A stretch of 63,863 bases of DNA, counting the filler, from Basidiobolus ranarum (taxonomy: Eukaryota), in NCBI GenBank assembly GCA_040143965.1. It is 24 parts of 24 records of this genome, joined end to end, with 100 filler letters (N's around TTAATTAATTAA, not from the genome) between each part and the next. Parts side by side here need not be neighbours in the genome. Positions count along the whole stretch, not along the records: positions 10,695 to 13,265 come from JASJQH010003191.1; positions 13,366 to 15,936 come from JASJQH010003192.1; positions 16,037 to 18,607 come from JASJQH010003193.1; positions 18,708 to 21,276 come from JASJQH010003194.1; positions 21,377 to 23,945 come from JASJQH010003195.1; 19 more parts are not named here. One strand, given 5' to 3'. Under the pieces are notes generated by a model that saw only the letters and a list, made by a program, of their open reading frames with translations, was not told the origin of the DNA and did no database searches. Positions 11,301-23,549 of the stretch are shown piece by piece. Within the stretch, counting starts at the first letter, position 1. Every line of letters starts with the position of its first letter. Made by a program: the position numbers and the translations under genes.

Positions 11301-13088
11301 TATGTATTAGTGACACTCCTGCCATCAGTAAACTTGGAGGTTTTTATGGGCACAATACACTATCTTGCTGTAGATTTTGTCAAATCAATGGAGTTTACTC
11401 TATCATGCATACGCAATATTACTATCCATATATAACAATAAACTTCATAATTTTACCATCAAGAGCCTGGTCAGATTTCCATTTGATCACTGATATCAAT
11501 TCACCAAATAGTTGGTCTAACATCAAACTTGGTATTAGCTGCAAGCCTAAGATTATATTAATAAAGGGGATTAGCTAGAGCCACAGCTTCTCAATAGGCA
11601 CCATGCACTTACTTTTCAACAACATTCCAATACTACTTACTCAGCTATATAGTGGAAAATTAAATATGAATGAGCCATTTGAGACAGGATCAAAGTTTGA
11701 ATTGATTGGGAAAATGCTTGAAAACATCAAGATACCATAATATTTTACCAGGACTCCCTTCAATATCCACTCATCTAGGCATTTATTCAAATGCAAAGAC
11801 TGGAAGTATTGGATTTGGATATATCCAAGTGGAATTTTGAAAAGATTTCTGCCTGAAAGTATTTGTAACATTAGGAATTGTTTGTCAAAGTTCCTAATGT
11901 ATTTTTACGGCATCAACTCACATTGGCTGATCTCAGGCAGATACAGTGATTGTGCAATGATTTTGTAATTGGATATGAAAAACATTATTACATGTTTAAA
12001 GAAGATAGACTGAATCTATGCCAGTATTCTATACATTCCCTGCTGCATCTTTCACAATGATTAGAGATTACAGGCCCTTGCAATACAATCTGGGAGTTCC
12101 CAATGGAGCGCACCTGCAATGAAATGATGCTTTGTGTAAAACTGTCAGTATTACTGTATGCTAAACTGATTTACAACATATCAGCAAAATCAGTAATGGA
12201 TGTAAAGTGATGGGTTAAGGAAACTCCAGAGTATATTAACCTGCCAACAAAGGGCTCTTTTCAAAGTGCTCATGAGTTTTAGCATTGCTTGAGCACAATA
12301 ATGGCAACAAAGCCCAATCCATGGGTAAAGAGTAAGTACTTCTATAATTGGACTAATTTGCATGTGTGATAATCTGATGGTATTTTTAGGAAAGCTGCAT
12401 GAAGGACTTTTTGGTCAGATGGATCAAGATACTCAGTTTCATTGTTTTAGCCATGGGGTAATCTATTCAAGCAATGACACATCTACTTGTGGCAGGACAT
12501 TTCTTGACTACAAGTTGGGGATATATTGGCTGAATTCTTCACGGAAATTTGCCAAAATCCAGGAGCTTATTCTCATTATGAACAGTAACAAGAGTCAGCT
12601 ATTTGCCAAATGTCAGTGCTATTCAAAGTTTCAGCTATTTAGCAATTTATTCACCATTAGTTTGCTGGTAAAGCATATTGATGTTGTTGAGTTATGTTTA
12701 ATCAGTCATGTATGTGCACATCTAGAGACTAAACACAACAAGATTCTTGTATTTTTCAATTCTTATTATGGCTGGAATACAAAGCCTAAAATATCTAAAT
12801 AAAGGCATGCATATTAAAGTGAATTCCTACAGTAGTAAACCCAGTGATTTGCCATTCAAAAATTATATTTTTTCAAAAACTGCCAGATATTGAATAACGC
12901 ATGCCAAATTTGAGGATCAATGTTTTAACATGTAGGAATACCATCAAAATACTGTCAAGAAACCATTGTCACACCATCAAAATCCCGGGCAGAATGCAAG
13001 CCACCAATATTTTGATGGTTCTCTGATGGTTTTGCTATTTAGGAGGATGGATCCAATGGGGATCAAATCAATTTTATTTTTGTTAGGG
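11301..13088 (+). mobile_element. CMC element 3' half: degenerate Tnp2 transposase to terminus B
   Basis: DTPAISKLGGF.GHN.LSCCRFC and WEFPMER motifs. It ends ATTTTTGTTAGGG at 13088. Confidence 0.85.
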
Positions 13089-13265
13089 TGATGGAACAAA
13101 AGGGTACAGACTATATGACACTGAAAATAAGAGGCTAATCAACTCAAGGGACATGTAATTGCTGAAGAATAAAATTTTCAATCAAAACAATCCAGGATCA
13201 AGAAAAACAACCAAAAATTGATGAAAATTCTTCTTTTACTCAACAGATCTTGTTCAGTGCAAAAA
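13089..13265 (+). mobile_element. Ty1/Copia fragment (post-integrase region)
   Basis: KGYRLYD..NSRD motif. Confidence 0.55.
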
Positions 13266-13365
13266 NNNNNNNNNNNNNNNNNNNNNNNNNNNNNNNNNNN
13301 NNNNNNNNNTTAATTAATTAANNNNNNNNNNNNNNNNNNNNNNNNNNNNNNNNNNNNNNNNNNNN

Positions 13366-13516
13366 AGATCTTGAAATTTCACTCCTGAAACTGAAAAAAT
13401 TGATTAAAAGCAAATCTAACTTGACGTTTTTATGACGGTAAGTAAACGGTCAACCCCAAATGGATTAAAATTGTGATGGTTTTCCTACAATAACAATCCT
13501 CAAATTTCTGTTAGGG
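13366..13516 (-). mobile_element. CMC terminus A inserted into another CMC copy
   Basis: ATTTCTGTTAGGG ends at 13516 and is followed directly by transposase interior. Confidence 0.85.
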
Positions 13517-14649
13517 AAAGGTTTTGTAATTGGATATGAAAAACTTTATTACATGCTTAAAGAAGATAGGCTGAATCTATGCTAGTATTCAAAACATTCC
13601 CTGCTCCATGTCTCACAATGCTTAGAGATTATAGGCCCTTGCTATACATTCTGGGAGTTCCGAATGGAGTATATCTGTAGTAAAATGATGCTCCATGTGA
13701 AATTGTCAGTATTACCATATGCTAATCTGACTTACAATGTATCAGCAAAATCATTGATGGATGTAATTCAATGGGTTAGGCAGACTCCAGAGTATATTAA
13801 CCTTTCAACAAACGGCTCATTTCAATGTGCTCACAGGTTTTTGCATTACTTGAGCACAATAGCAGCAACAAAGCCCAATTGATGGACACAGAGTAATTAT
13901 CTCTATAGTTTGGACTAATTTGTTTGTTAAATAATATGATGGCATTTCTAGTAAAGCTGCAAGACAGACTTCTTGGTGAGATAGATTCAGATGGGGAGTA
14001 CTATTGTTTTAGCTATGGGGTAATCTATTCAAGGAATGACATATCTGCTTGTGGCAGGACATTTGTTGACTGCAAGTTGCGGATATATTGGCTGAATTCT
14101 TTATGGAAATTTGCCAAAATACAAGAGTTTATTCTGTTTGTGAATGGTAACAAGGGTCATCTATTTGCCAGGTGTTGGTGCTATTCAAAATTTCAGATGT
14201 TTAGCAATTTTTCCACTATCAGTTTGCTGGCAAAGCATGTTGTTGTTGTTGAGTAATGTCTGATCAGTCAAGTATGTGCATATGTGGTGACTAAACACAA
14301 CAAGATGCTTGTATTTTTTGATTCTCATTATGTCTCAAATACAAAGCCAAAAATATCTAAATAAAGGCATGCATATTAATTTGAATTCCTACTGCAGTAA
14401 ACCCAGTAATTTGCTATTTGAAAATTATATATTTTTGAAAATTGCTGGAAATTAATAATGCATGCCAAATAAGTGGTTCAATATTTTCACATGTATAAAT
14501 ACCATCAAAATACTATCAAGAAACCACCATCACACCATCAATATCTCTGACAGAATGCAAGCCACCATTATTTTTATTGTTCTCTGAATATTTTGCAATT
14601 CAGAAGGGTAGATCCAATCCAGATCAATTTGATTTTATTTTTGCTAGGG
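13517..14649 (+). mobile_element. CMC element 3' part to terminus B
   Basis: Colinear with about 11955-13088. It ends TTTTGCTAGGG. Confidence 0.85.
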
Positions 14650-14840
14650 GGAATCACTTGATTTCCAAAAGAGTATAGAGGATTTCGGGAGCCACTTTAA
14701 GATAGATAAGGACATTAAGGTGATATTTGCCTGATATATAGATGATCTGATTACAACTATCAATACTGATGAAGCTCTCAGGAACACCAATAGAGATCTA
14801 TCAGTCCAATTCAAGATGACCAATATAGGTGAACTTACAT
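14650..14840 (+). mobile_element. Copia reverse transcriptase fragment
   Basis: YIDDLI..QFKMTNIGEL motif. Confidence 0.6.
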
Positions 14841-14947
14841 TGTGGTTGTTTTAGTGTGTGAGTAGCAACTTTAACTGCAATATCCTAAGGGCTTTGTAAG
14901 GTGCTCAAAGGGTGCAAAAACCATGGCTGAATAACTCAGGGATGTAC

Positions 14948-15490
14948 TGTAATATGTGTCATGATTCTGATCTTAGCATATTGATCCACTGCAAATAGAA
15001 CTCTTCTATTATTAGATTGTGACATCATATCTGCTGTTCCATCCCTTCTTGGCAATCTTGTGTTACTTCATCCGGATTACCTTATATACAAGTCATGTTC
15101 TTTGGAACGTTCCATGAAACCTAATCAATCATGTCATCCCACATATAGTGTATTTGCGCCAAAACCTTCCATGGAAGGTCACGAGATCATCCTTACATCA
15201 TCCTTCTTTGTTTTGTTCCTTGTAGTCCCCAACACCCCAACTCTTGAAATTGCCACAGTATATTCCCTATTCAGTATATTATGTTTCATCCTGCAATATC
15301 TATATAAGCCCCATGTATTCCTTGATCAGACTGAGGTCTGGTCAATGCCAGTTATGAATAAAGATTCTTGCCAAAGTAGCTACCTTGTCAAGTCTTGTCT
15401 TGTCTTGTCTTGTGGTCTGCACCCAAGTACTATCTTGCCTTCTAGCCTCTTGTTGTTGTTCTCAGTCTTGTCCAGTTTCTTATTGTGACA
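14948..15490 (+). repeat. Probable LTR (TG..CA) with internal (TCTTG)n
   Basis: Homolog of 29383-29802. Homology stops at TTATTGTGACA in both copies. The 5' boundary is tentative. Confidence 0.55.
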
Positions 15491-16036
15491 GTTTGATCAG
15501 ACTACTTTTATTTGCCTGTAGACTTCCCTCCATCCCTGTTCTCCAACCTTGAAACCCCCCAAGGTTGGCTTCCCTCTTTTTCCCTATCTTTCCCAAGCTT
15601 CCCTGCTAAGGCAAAGGTACCTTCCACCTTTGGATAATTGCTCTAAGTGCATGCTTGCCAAGACACTACTGGTTGAGTTTACAGTTGTTTTCAATCAAAG
15701 AAGCTTTAGTACTTGATCAAGATCAACAGACATTGATACCAGCATATTCTTTTGCCAAGGCACCAATCATTTCTTCAACAGAAAGTTGGACATTGCATTT
15801 TGATCATCATTCCTAGAGAAACTTGCGGTTTTGAAGCTTCCCTCTCCCAACACAGTAGGTATTATGTCTACACCAGCCCCCACAATGGAAGATATTATGG
15901 AAGCTCTTACTCAGCTCCTGCAAAAAATCAAGAACTNNNNNNNNNNNNNNNNNNNNNNNNNNNNNNNNNNNNNNNNNNNNTTAATTAATTAANNNNNNNN
16001 NNNNNNNNNNNNNNNNNNNNNNNNNNNNNNNNNNNN

Positions 16037-16859
16037 CATTATGGCTGGAATACAAAGCCTAAAATATCTAAATAAAGGCATGCATATTAATTCGAATTCC
16101 TACAGCAGTAAACCCAGTAATTTGCCATTCAAAAATTATATTTTTGCTAAAATTGCTGGATATTGAATAACAAATGCCAAATTTGAGGATCAATAATTTA
16201 ACATGTATGAATGCCGCCAAGATACTGTCAAGAAACTGCCGTCACATCATCAAAATCCCTGGCAGAATGCAAGCCAACAATATTGTGACAGTTCTCTGAC
16301 GGTTTTGCTATTTCAGAGGGTGGATCTGATCCAGATCAAATCGATTTTATTTTTGTTAGGGTATCAAGGTACGTAGTATTATTGTTTTAGCCATGGGGTA
16401 ATCCACTCAAGCAATGACACATCTACTTGTGGCAGGATATTTGCTGACTGCAAGTTGCAGATATATTGGCTGAGTTCTTTATGGAAACTTTCCAGAATCC
16501 AAGAGCTTATTCTCATGGTGAATGGTAACAAGAGTCAGCTATTTGCCAAGTGTCAATGCTATTCAAAATTACAGATGTTTAGCAATTCTTCCACCATTAG
16601 TTTGCTGTTAAAGCATATTGATGTTGTTGAGTTATGTCTGATCAGTTGAGTATGTTTGTATGTAGAGACTAAACACAACAAGATTCTTGTATTTTTTGAT
16701 TCTCATTATGGCAGGAATACAAAGCAAAAATTTCAAAATAAAGGCATGCATATTAGTTCCAATACCTACAGCAGTAAACCCAGTAATTTGCCATCCAAAA
16801 ATTATATTCTTGTGAAAATTGCCGGAAATTAATAATGCATGCCAAATATGAGGATCAAT
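16037..16859 (+). mobile_element. Two nested CMC 3' fragments (terminus B at 16361)
   Basis: TTTTGTTAGGG at 16351-16361 is followed by the interior of another copy. Confidence 0.85.
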
Positions 16860-18607
16860 TGACTTGTTCCAATGGACAAGGTCAGATTGGGCTGCTCAAT
16901 CCAGCCTGCTAGCACACCATCTGGTGTTATCTGTCAATTACCATGGCTGGGTCCTATAACACTTGATTAGACACTATATGGAACAATATGGTACTATCCT
17001 GTCACAATCAGACATGATGATTTTTTTGGAGATATTGTGCCAGCACATACCAAGTTACCTGGTCTAGTATTGCCAAATTACAACTTTGGGTAACTGACAA
17101 AGCAAGTTCATCCCATAGCTTGTAACTTACAAATTACTGAATGTGTAACAATAAACAATTTACACTGTAACTAAACCAAACAAATGTATAACCAAGACAT
17201 TCACATACTGCTAGGCCAGTCATTTGTCCCTCACTAACACAGTATCCTGATTTTCAATTGGGCACAACTGTTCCTGCATTACAAAACACCTGTAGTTTTG
17301 GCACACTGATAACAAATCACAACACTTGATGATGAATTGGTCTGCTGTATGATAGTAGTGATCAGGTTTGATTGATTCATCATTTTTAGATCAGCAAATT
17401 ATTCATTCAATCACATAAGCTTTTAATTGGGTGAAAATGTGAACAGATTGAGCCATATCAAGCCAATATGGCTGCGCAAGATATTTATTGACAGATATTT
17501 TTCATTTGATTGTAGTGAAATCACTTGTATTAATAGGCTTTCATTGATTTTTTTGATATGTAACAATTTCAAACTATCAGTGTTTCATAAACACATAAGC
17601 AATTGTGATCTAACTAAAGCAATTTATGCTATATTTTACTGCAATCCATATTGATGTAGCATGATGCACTAAGTAGTAAAGAGAGGATAATGTAAGTTTT
17701 AACAAGAGTATTCCACAGTTGCCTAGGTTTGAAGCAGTATATGCTGAATTGCCTCTGTTACTTTTGTTGTCTCCTTGTATTTACATGCAAGGAACTTTGC
17801 TTGAACCTCTGTGCTGAGTTGATAGGTTTGATCCTACTGAAATTCCTCTATCTTGGCTAACATGAGTTGGTGCTTGATGACAATGTGCTGTGGTATGCAT
17901 TGGCTTATCCGGTCTAGTTTGTGGTTTGTTTGTATCTACAGTCTCTTCTTCAGGTGTCAAGACTTCACCTAATGTGTCAACCAGCCATTGCTGCTGGCGC
18001 GCAGCTCTACGCATTGACCTGGAATGTCTTACTTGAGGTTTGTGCTCAACAGTTATTGCTTCTTCCACCATGGTAAAACTTCATCTCTTTTGACTGGCCG
18101 CAGCAACCTTTGTTGCATGGCAGAACATGTTGGAGCAAGTCATCTACCTTGAGGTTTGTGCTCAACAGTGATTGCTTCTTCAACCATGGTGGAATCTTAA
18201 TCTCTTTTGACTGGCCATGACCATAGTTACATAGCAGTACATATTGGAGCTAGTTATCTACCTTGTGTTTGTGTTTGGCAGTTCTTGGCTGTTCAACGAC
18301 AGTAGAAGCTTCATCTCTTTTGACAGGCCATGGCCATGTTTGCATGGCAGTATGTGTTGGAGCAAGTCATCTACCTTGTGGTTCATGTTTGGTGGTTATT
18401 GCTTCTTCAACCACAGTGGGAGCTTCATCTCTTTTGACTGGTCATTGCCATTGTCAATTTGCAGTATATGTTGGAGTGAGTTATATACCTTGAGGTTTGC
18501 ATTTGGCAGTTCTTGCCTCTTCAACCATGGTAGAGGCTTCATCACTTTTGACTTGCTGCCATGACCTCTGTTGCATGGCAGAACATGTTGGAGCATATTA
18601 TCTACCT
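16860..18607 (-). mobile_element. PIF/Harbinger-like element arm, probably including a degenerate repeat-coding ORF
   Basis: Starts TGACTTGTTCCAATGG and interrupts a CMC copy. Extent beyond 17470 is inferred from continuity. Confidence 0.6.
18030..18607 (-). repeat. Tandem repeat, 113-117 bp unit, about 5 copies
   Basis: CTACCTTG-like anchors at 18144, 18258, 18371, 18485 and 18602. Confidence 0.9.
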
Positions 18608-18708
18608 NNNNNNNNNNNNNNNNNNNNNNNNNNNNNNNNNNNNNNNNNNNNTTAATTAATTAANNNNNNNNNNNNNNNNNNNNNNNNNNNNNNNNNNNNN
18701 NNNNNNNT

Positions 18709-19149
18709 ACTATGGTTCCTGGTAAAGGTGTCATTGAGAACTTTGGTGGATCCCAAGAAGTTATGTTCCTTGAGGTAGCATTGACTGAGAATTGGTTGAT
18801 TTTCATTACTCGTTTGAACACTTCATTCTTTGAGAGTCTCCCCTCATGGCAATTATTCGGTGCGGTGATGGTTGTGGATATTATTGCATCACTCTTTGCT
18901 ATTTTCGGATGGTTCACTGGAGTTGATACTAGTATTGTTGCAGTTGTTCGTATCTGGTTGTACTCATTCGGTGTGTTCGTTGTCATGGCACTTGTCTACA
19001 TGATCTTGTCAAACTCTGTTGGCTTCGATCGTCTTGCTCATGGTAAATCAATCAAAGCCAAGAAGAACAGAGGTATGGAAGACTTGATGGTGCAAATGGC
19101 TCGTGTTTCGAAGCAACATGAGCAACAACCAATGTTATCAGGCCATTAA
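18709..19149 (+). CDS. PMA1: Plasma-membrane H+-ATPase (P3A), C-terminal part
   Basis: [43 protein letters not shown]. Confidence 0.95.
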   Translation, partial: TMVPGKGVIENFGGSQEVMFLEVALTENWLIFITRLNTSFFESLPSWQLFGAVMVVDIIASLFAIFGWFTGVDTSIVAVVRIWLYSFGVFVVMALVYMILSNSVGFDRLAHGKSIKAKKNRGMEDLMVQMARVSKQHEQQPMLSGH

Positions 19150-20611
19150 GCGAAATCCGGATGTTAAAGATAGAAGTGTACTTGGTTCTTTAATTCTCGG
19201 ACACACAATAATACATATAGACCTAATTAATCCATGTTTCAGTAATTTTTATTGCACCAATTAGAAATGTTGCAAAAACCTCTTTTAACAATAATAAACT
19301 ATAAATATAAAAGCAATTACAATTTTTTGTACTCTATTGAAATTCTTTCCTCATTAATTTATGTTTGTTTTGATAGATAAATCAGATCTTGATCGTTGGA
19401 ATTTTTTTTCGAAGATATTTCAGAGTCGATTCGGGTGATACCGGCTTGCATCCATGACATGGAATAGAATTTATTAAATGCTAAAAATAGTAGTTTAAGA
19501 TGGGTCACAGATAAGATATGAATCCTAGGCAACATTCTGCCCTATGATATCATATTAGCTACTTGGTTAATTCCAAACTTTACTAATCTCCCTTTCAATA
19601 AAGTATCAGTCCGTATTAGCATATCGGGTTCCCATTATCGTACTTCAGCGTGACAATGAAAGTGGTAAGTCGCTACAAATATACGGAAATATCATTACTA
19701 TTATAAGTAATTAACTATTCAACCACTTATGTCGTCATGACTGTAATGGTAAAGTCTATTAGTTTTAGACAAGAATTTGTGCTTATCGTCATACGGTTTG
19801 AATATGGTTTTGTTGCGTCAGACCATGGACAATTAGTAAGTCAGCTTGTACATATTCCCGGACAACTTGGACCAAATTCTATCTTCCGGATATTACAGTA
19901 TCCGTATTAAAGTATTCGTATTAGACTAACAGGCGAAGTTTGGATATTCGAGAACACTAAAGTTAATCCAAAGAATCTCATTTCACTTCTCGGAGCAAAG
20001 CTTAATAGGCTTCAGTAGTAAATAGCTCTTCAAGCTAGAGTATCTGACTACTACTTCTTAAGTACATGCACTAACCGGTTAAGAGTGAAGTACTTTGAGA
20101 GAAGCATTGGTTGAAAAAAACCATTTCTCTATGCTCAGGTTCTTTTTTGGTCCTCAACCCAGTTCAAATCTATTTTGAAGCATATCAACTGTTGCCAAGA
20201 TGGTAATCCTCATAGAACATCATTGGCTTCAACTACTGGATTGAAATTGAATGAAATGAGGCATTGGTGAGCATTTAATCCGATAAAGAGGAAAATCAAT
20301 TAAGAGGATCAAGCGCGATTTTACCACTGAGGCACGGGTTGATATTAACCATATTTGGTGTATATCAGCGTGTCGGTGTGAATGTGACAAAGTCGCTTCC
20401 AAGAATAGAGAAATATCTTTGCTGTTATAAGCAATGGCGCATAGGTCCGTAGAGAATATCTTTATCGTGAATCCAAAAGTGAGCACTTCAAGCCTTTCAA
20501 TACTATGCTCGGTTGTAGGACAACATGTCTGAATATCCTGTCTATGTGTCAAGTAATATTTGAATTAACGTTAATTGCTTTGCTAGTCGCCTTGATTTTA
20601 GTCTTGAAGTG

Positions 20612-20769
20612 TGCTAGCGCGAACTTGTCAAATATAGTAATCAGCAACAGTCATTCGGAACTATCATTACTATTATAAGCATCTGCTTGAATGTCTATAC
20701 AACTTTATCTTTTTTTCTTGACATCAGCAAGCTCACGGGAATTTCCGCTGGAGGTACTTTGATCCGAAT
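20612..20769 (+). promoter_or_regulatory. Conserved upstream module of PMA paralog
   Basis: GCTAGCG..CAAATATAGTAA, ATGTCTATACAA and TCACGGGAATWTCCGCTGGARGTA..ATCCGAAT are shared with 62104-62265 on the minus strand. Confidence 0.65.
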
Positions 20770-21000
20770 AATTTTTTACAGTTTGGTGAGATTCCGTAAA
20801 AACTCTGACCCACACCAATATTATGAAAATATCCTTACTTGATTCTAGATCAAAGCTCCGCGACTGAGGAAATTGATAAACTGATAAATCGATAACATCC
20901 TTGGTGTTATAAAACCACCTGCTAGTACCTTTGAAAAGTCAGAAGTCATCTAATTTCAGCTCATTCCTAATTACAGACATCACTGTAAAGAATTAACAAG

Positions 21001-21276
21001 ATGTCAGAAAAAGAAGATTCCCAACAAACTGGAGGGGATAACGGCACTCAAGTCGGGTTTTTACACCCAACAACCGCCTTGAGTAAAAAGGATACTCAAC
21101 AATCAACTGCCGCCATTTCAATCATGAGTGACTACGGATGGAGTGATGACGGCGGGCCAGCGGAGGAAGAAGGTGACGAAGAAGGTGGCTTGAGCAATGT
21201 GGCTGTTCCTGAAGAATTATTACAAACTGATCCAAGACTTGGATTAACCTCCGCTGAGGTTGAAACCCGTAGAAAG
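21001..21276 (+). CDS. PMA1: Plasma-membrane H+-ATPase, N-terminal part (next tandem copy)
   Basis: Acidic N-terminus followed by [24 protein letters not shown]. Confidence 0.92.
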
Positions 21277-21376
21277 NNNNNNNNNNNNNNNNNNNNNNNN
21301 NNNNNNNNNNNNNNNNNNNNTTAATTAATTAANNNNNNNNNNNNNNNNNNNNNNNNNNNNNNNNNNNNNNNNNNNN

Positions 21377-21490
21377 GCTTGCACTCTCTGTAATGTCTAC
21401 TTCTCAAATTTCTGGAACTTTTCCCTCTTCTGAAAAATTGGATGGAACCAATTATCAAGTTTGGAAAATTAAAATGAAAATGCTGCTATT
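21377..21490 (+). mobile_element. Copia gag 5' fragment
   Basis: EKLDGTNYQVWKIKMKMLL. Homolog of 56410-56520 on the minus strand. Confidence 0.75.
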
Positions 21491-21587
21491 TATTCAGGTA
21501 CTATAATATCTATGTGTGTTGGTGTGGCAAAGCTATACTGGTCTGGGTGAAGTCAACTGCGCCAAGAGCCAGTTCATTATATCAAGA

Positions 21588-21688
21588 TTTAGCCGATCAT
21601 CTCGAAGATATGCCGATTATACACCAAGTTGGCCGATCATAAGATTCGTTGGCTGATCATATGAAGTTAGCCGATCAGATTGATCACT
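21588..21688 (+). repeat. Cluster of five GCCGATCA-like motifs at about 20-bp spacing
   Basis: TTAGCCGATCAT, ATGCCGATTAT, TTGGCCGATCAT, TTGGCTGATCAT, TTAGCCGATCAG. Confidence 0.7.
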
Positions 21689-23549
21689 GCATGATGCGAC
21701 ACATCCCATATGAATTAAATATTACCGGAAGAAATGGTTCGGTCTGAGTATATTATTGGCTTCCCTCCATCGTTCTTCGAGGCAAAATCAGTTCAAGCCC
21801 ACAAATACAAGCTTCGGCCTCACAATGTTATCTTCGCTTTTGTTCCATTCATATTGCTTTACAGTGCCAAATACACAGTAGATTTTAGAATGATACAGGA
21901 ATATCGAGTGTTTCTCCAGTGGAAAGATCTTGAAAATCTATTTATTGTTCTTGTTACCTAGTATACTTGGATAGGTTATAATTAAGCGAGAGAGAAAATG
22001 AAAGTCAGTAATGAACCAAGTCAACACCTTAGGAAGAATTGAGAGATGGAAAATTTCTTAAATACATCATTGGGGCCGATTCGGCAATATTGCATACGAA
22101 TGTCATTAACATAGAAATGATAATTTAATGCACATTGTTTCGGTGATGGTAATTTGAATGTGTATGATGCTACAAGCAAGATTCTTAGACTGCTTCTTGC
22201 GAATTACAAGAAAGAAATGCATCAGCTTTATGCGATGGTGTAAATATTAGTCTCACCTAGTGATCGATTCTTGGACCTAGGTTTACAGGGAAATTCAATA
22301 TTTATTCATTGGGTAGCTTTAATCCTATCTCATCAGTTATAGCTCTAATACTTTGTACGGAAGTCTGTTTTCTGCGGCTATGCTTCTACATGACTTATTG
22401 TTGATCGAGTTTGTTGGACACACTCATAAGCTAACGGAGATTCTTTCTCCGCAGTAAAAGCATGAAGTAGTCTCTGTGATGCCCAAGGCGAAATGCCTGA
22501 TCACGGCAATTATGCTATCCACACTGGATGATTTCTACTGCTAGGTGCTGGTTGCTAGGTGAATAGTACAATACTATCGGACAATATTTCAAGGACCGAT
22601 GATTCTCTAAAAGAATTCCAGGAAATTAGCGTCCAGCAATGCTTTGGCCCCGCCATGGATCCATTTTGAGTCGAATCAAATAAGCCATAACCTTATTACG
22701 AGCATCTATTCTTACACCATATTCTTACACCATAGCCATTGATTGTTATGCTACCTAAATCAATAGCGTTCTAGGACTCACCAGCTTCAAAAATCTAATC
22801 TCCCGCATTGCCCCTTATTAAGGATACTCTAGAATTCCTCATTTCTAGCCAATGGTTGGTCGTGAGAAAATGATCGAGATGGCTAGAATTGGCCAACCGG
22901 ATTTTAATCATCATGAATGTAGATCCTGGCAGAAACTAAATTTGGATAAAGATACAACAAAAATAGGATTAGGGAGATTATAGTAAGTTTCGTGAAAACT
23001 TTGACTTGACTAAAGAAACGCGAAAATTGTCTTAAATCCATGCATCCAGATGGATTCCAAAAAGATCCAAATTCTTCAACTGGAAATTTTTGGTAAAATC
23101 TGTTTGGAAGCTTGAAATGGTTCTGTGAGTGGCGCAAATCAGTTCGCTATTGGGGTATGATTTGTAAGGGCTCGTTGACATGAATTAAATATAGAACCTG
23201 TGCTGTTATTTTTGGTTGGTGGAATTTCATTGGTTACAGATTAAGTGGCAAGTACAGTTGTGGTGTAATGGTCATTGCGATGATTACTGCTGGTATGACC
23301 AAATGTTTCTAGGTGACATTGAAATCAATTACTAAGGTTTGAAATGTAGGAGTTAAGGGTTTATTACGCGATAGTGTACTATATGTATATGTTCAGTGTT
23401 ATCAGTCATGCATGGTAATTTAAGGTAGTTGATGTCAAATTAGTTGTAGATTATGTACAAGTCTTCTATGTCTATGTATAGTGTAGGAGCAATGGTGTCA
23501 AAGTATGTAAAGTTGAATGTACATGGTATGCTAAACTAATATAGACAGG

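Noticed and set aside
11288..12802. Many in-frame stops in transposases suggesting an alternative genetic code or recoding
   Set aside because: Stops differ between copies and fit mutational decay. Host genes translate cleanly with the standard code.
15060..15488. Hydrophobic ORF with a paralog at 29393
   Set aside because: It lies inside an LTR-like repeat with a microsatellite, and the stop positions differ between copies.
18030..18607. Regular repeat resembling a CRISPR array
   Set aside because: The whole unit repeats with no unique spacers, the context is eukaryotic and there are no cas genes.
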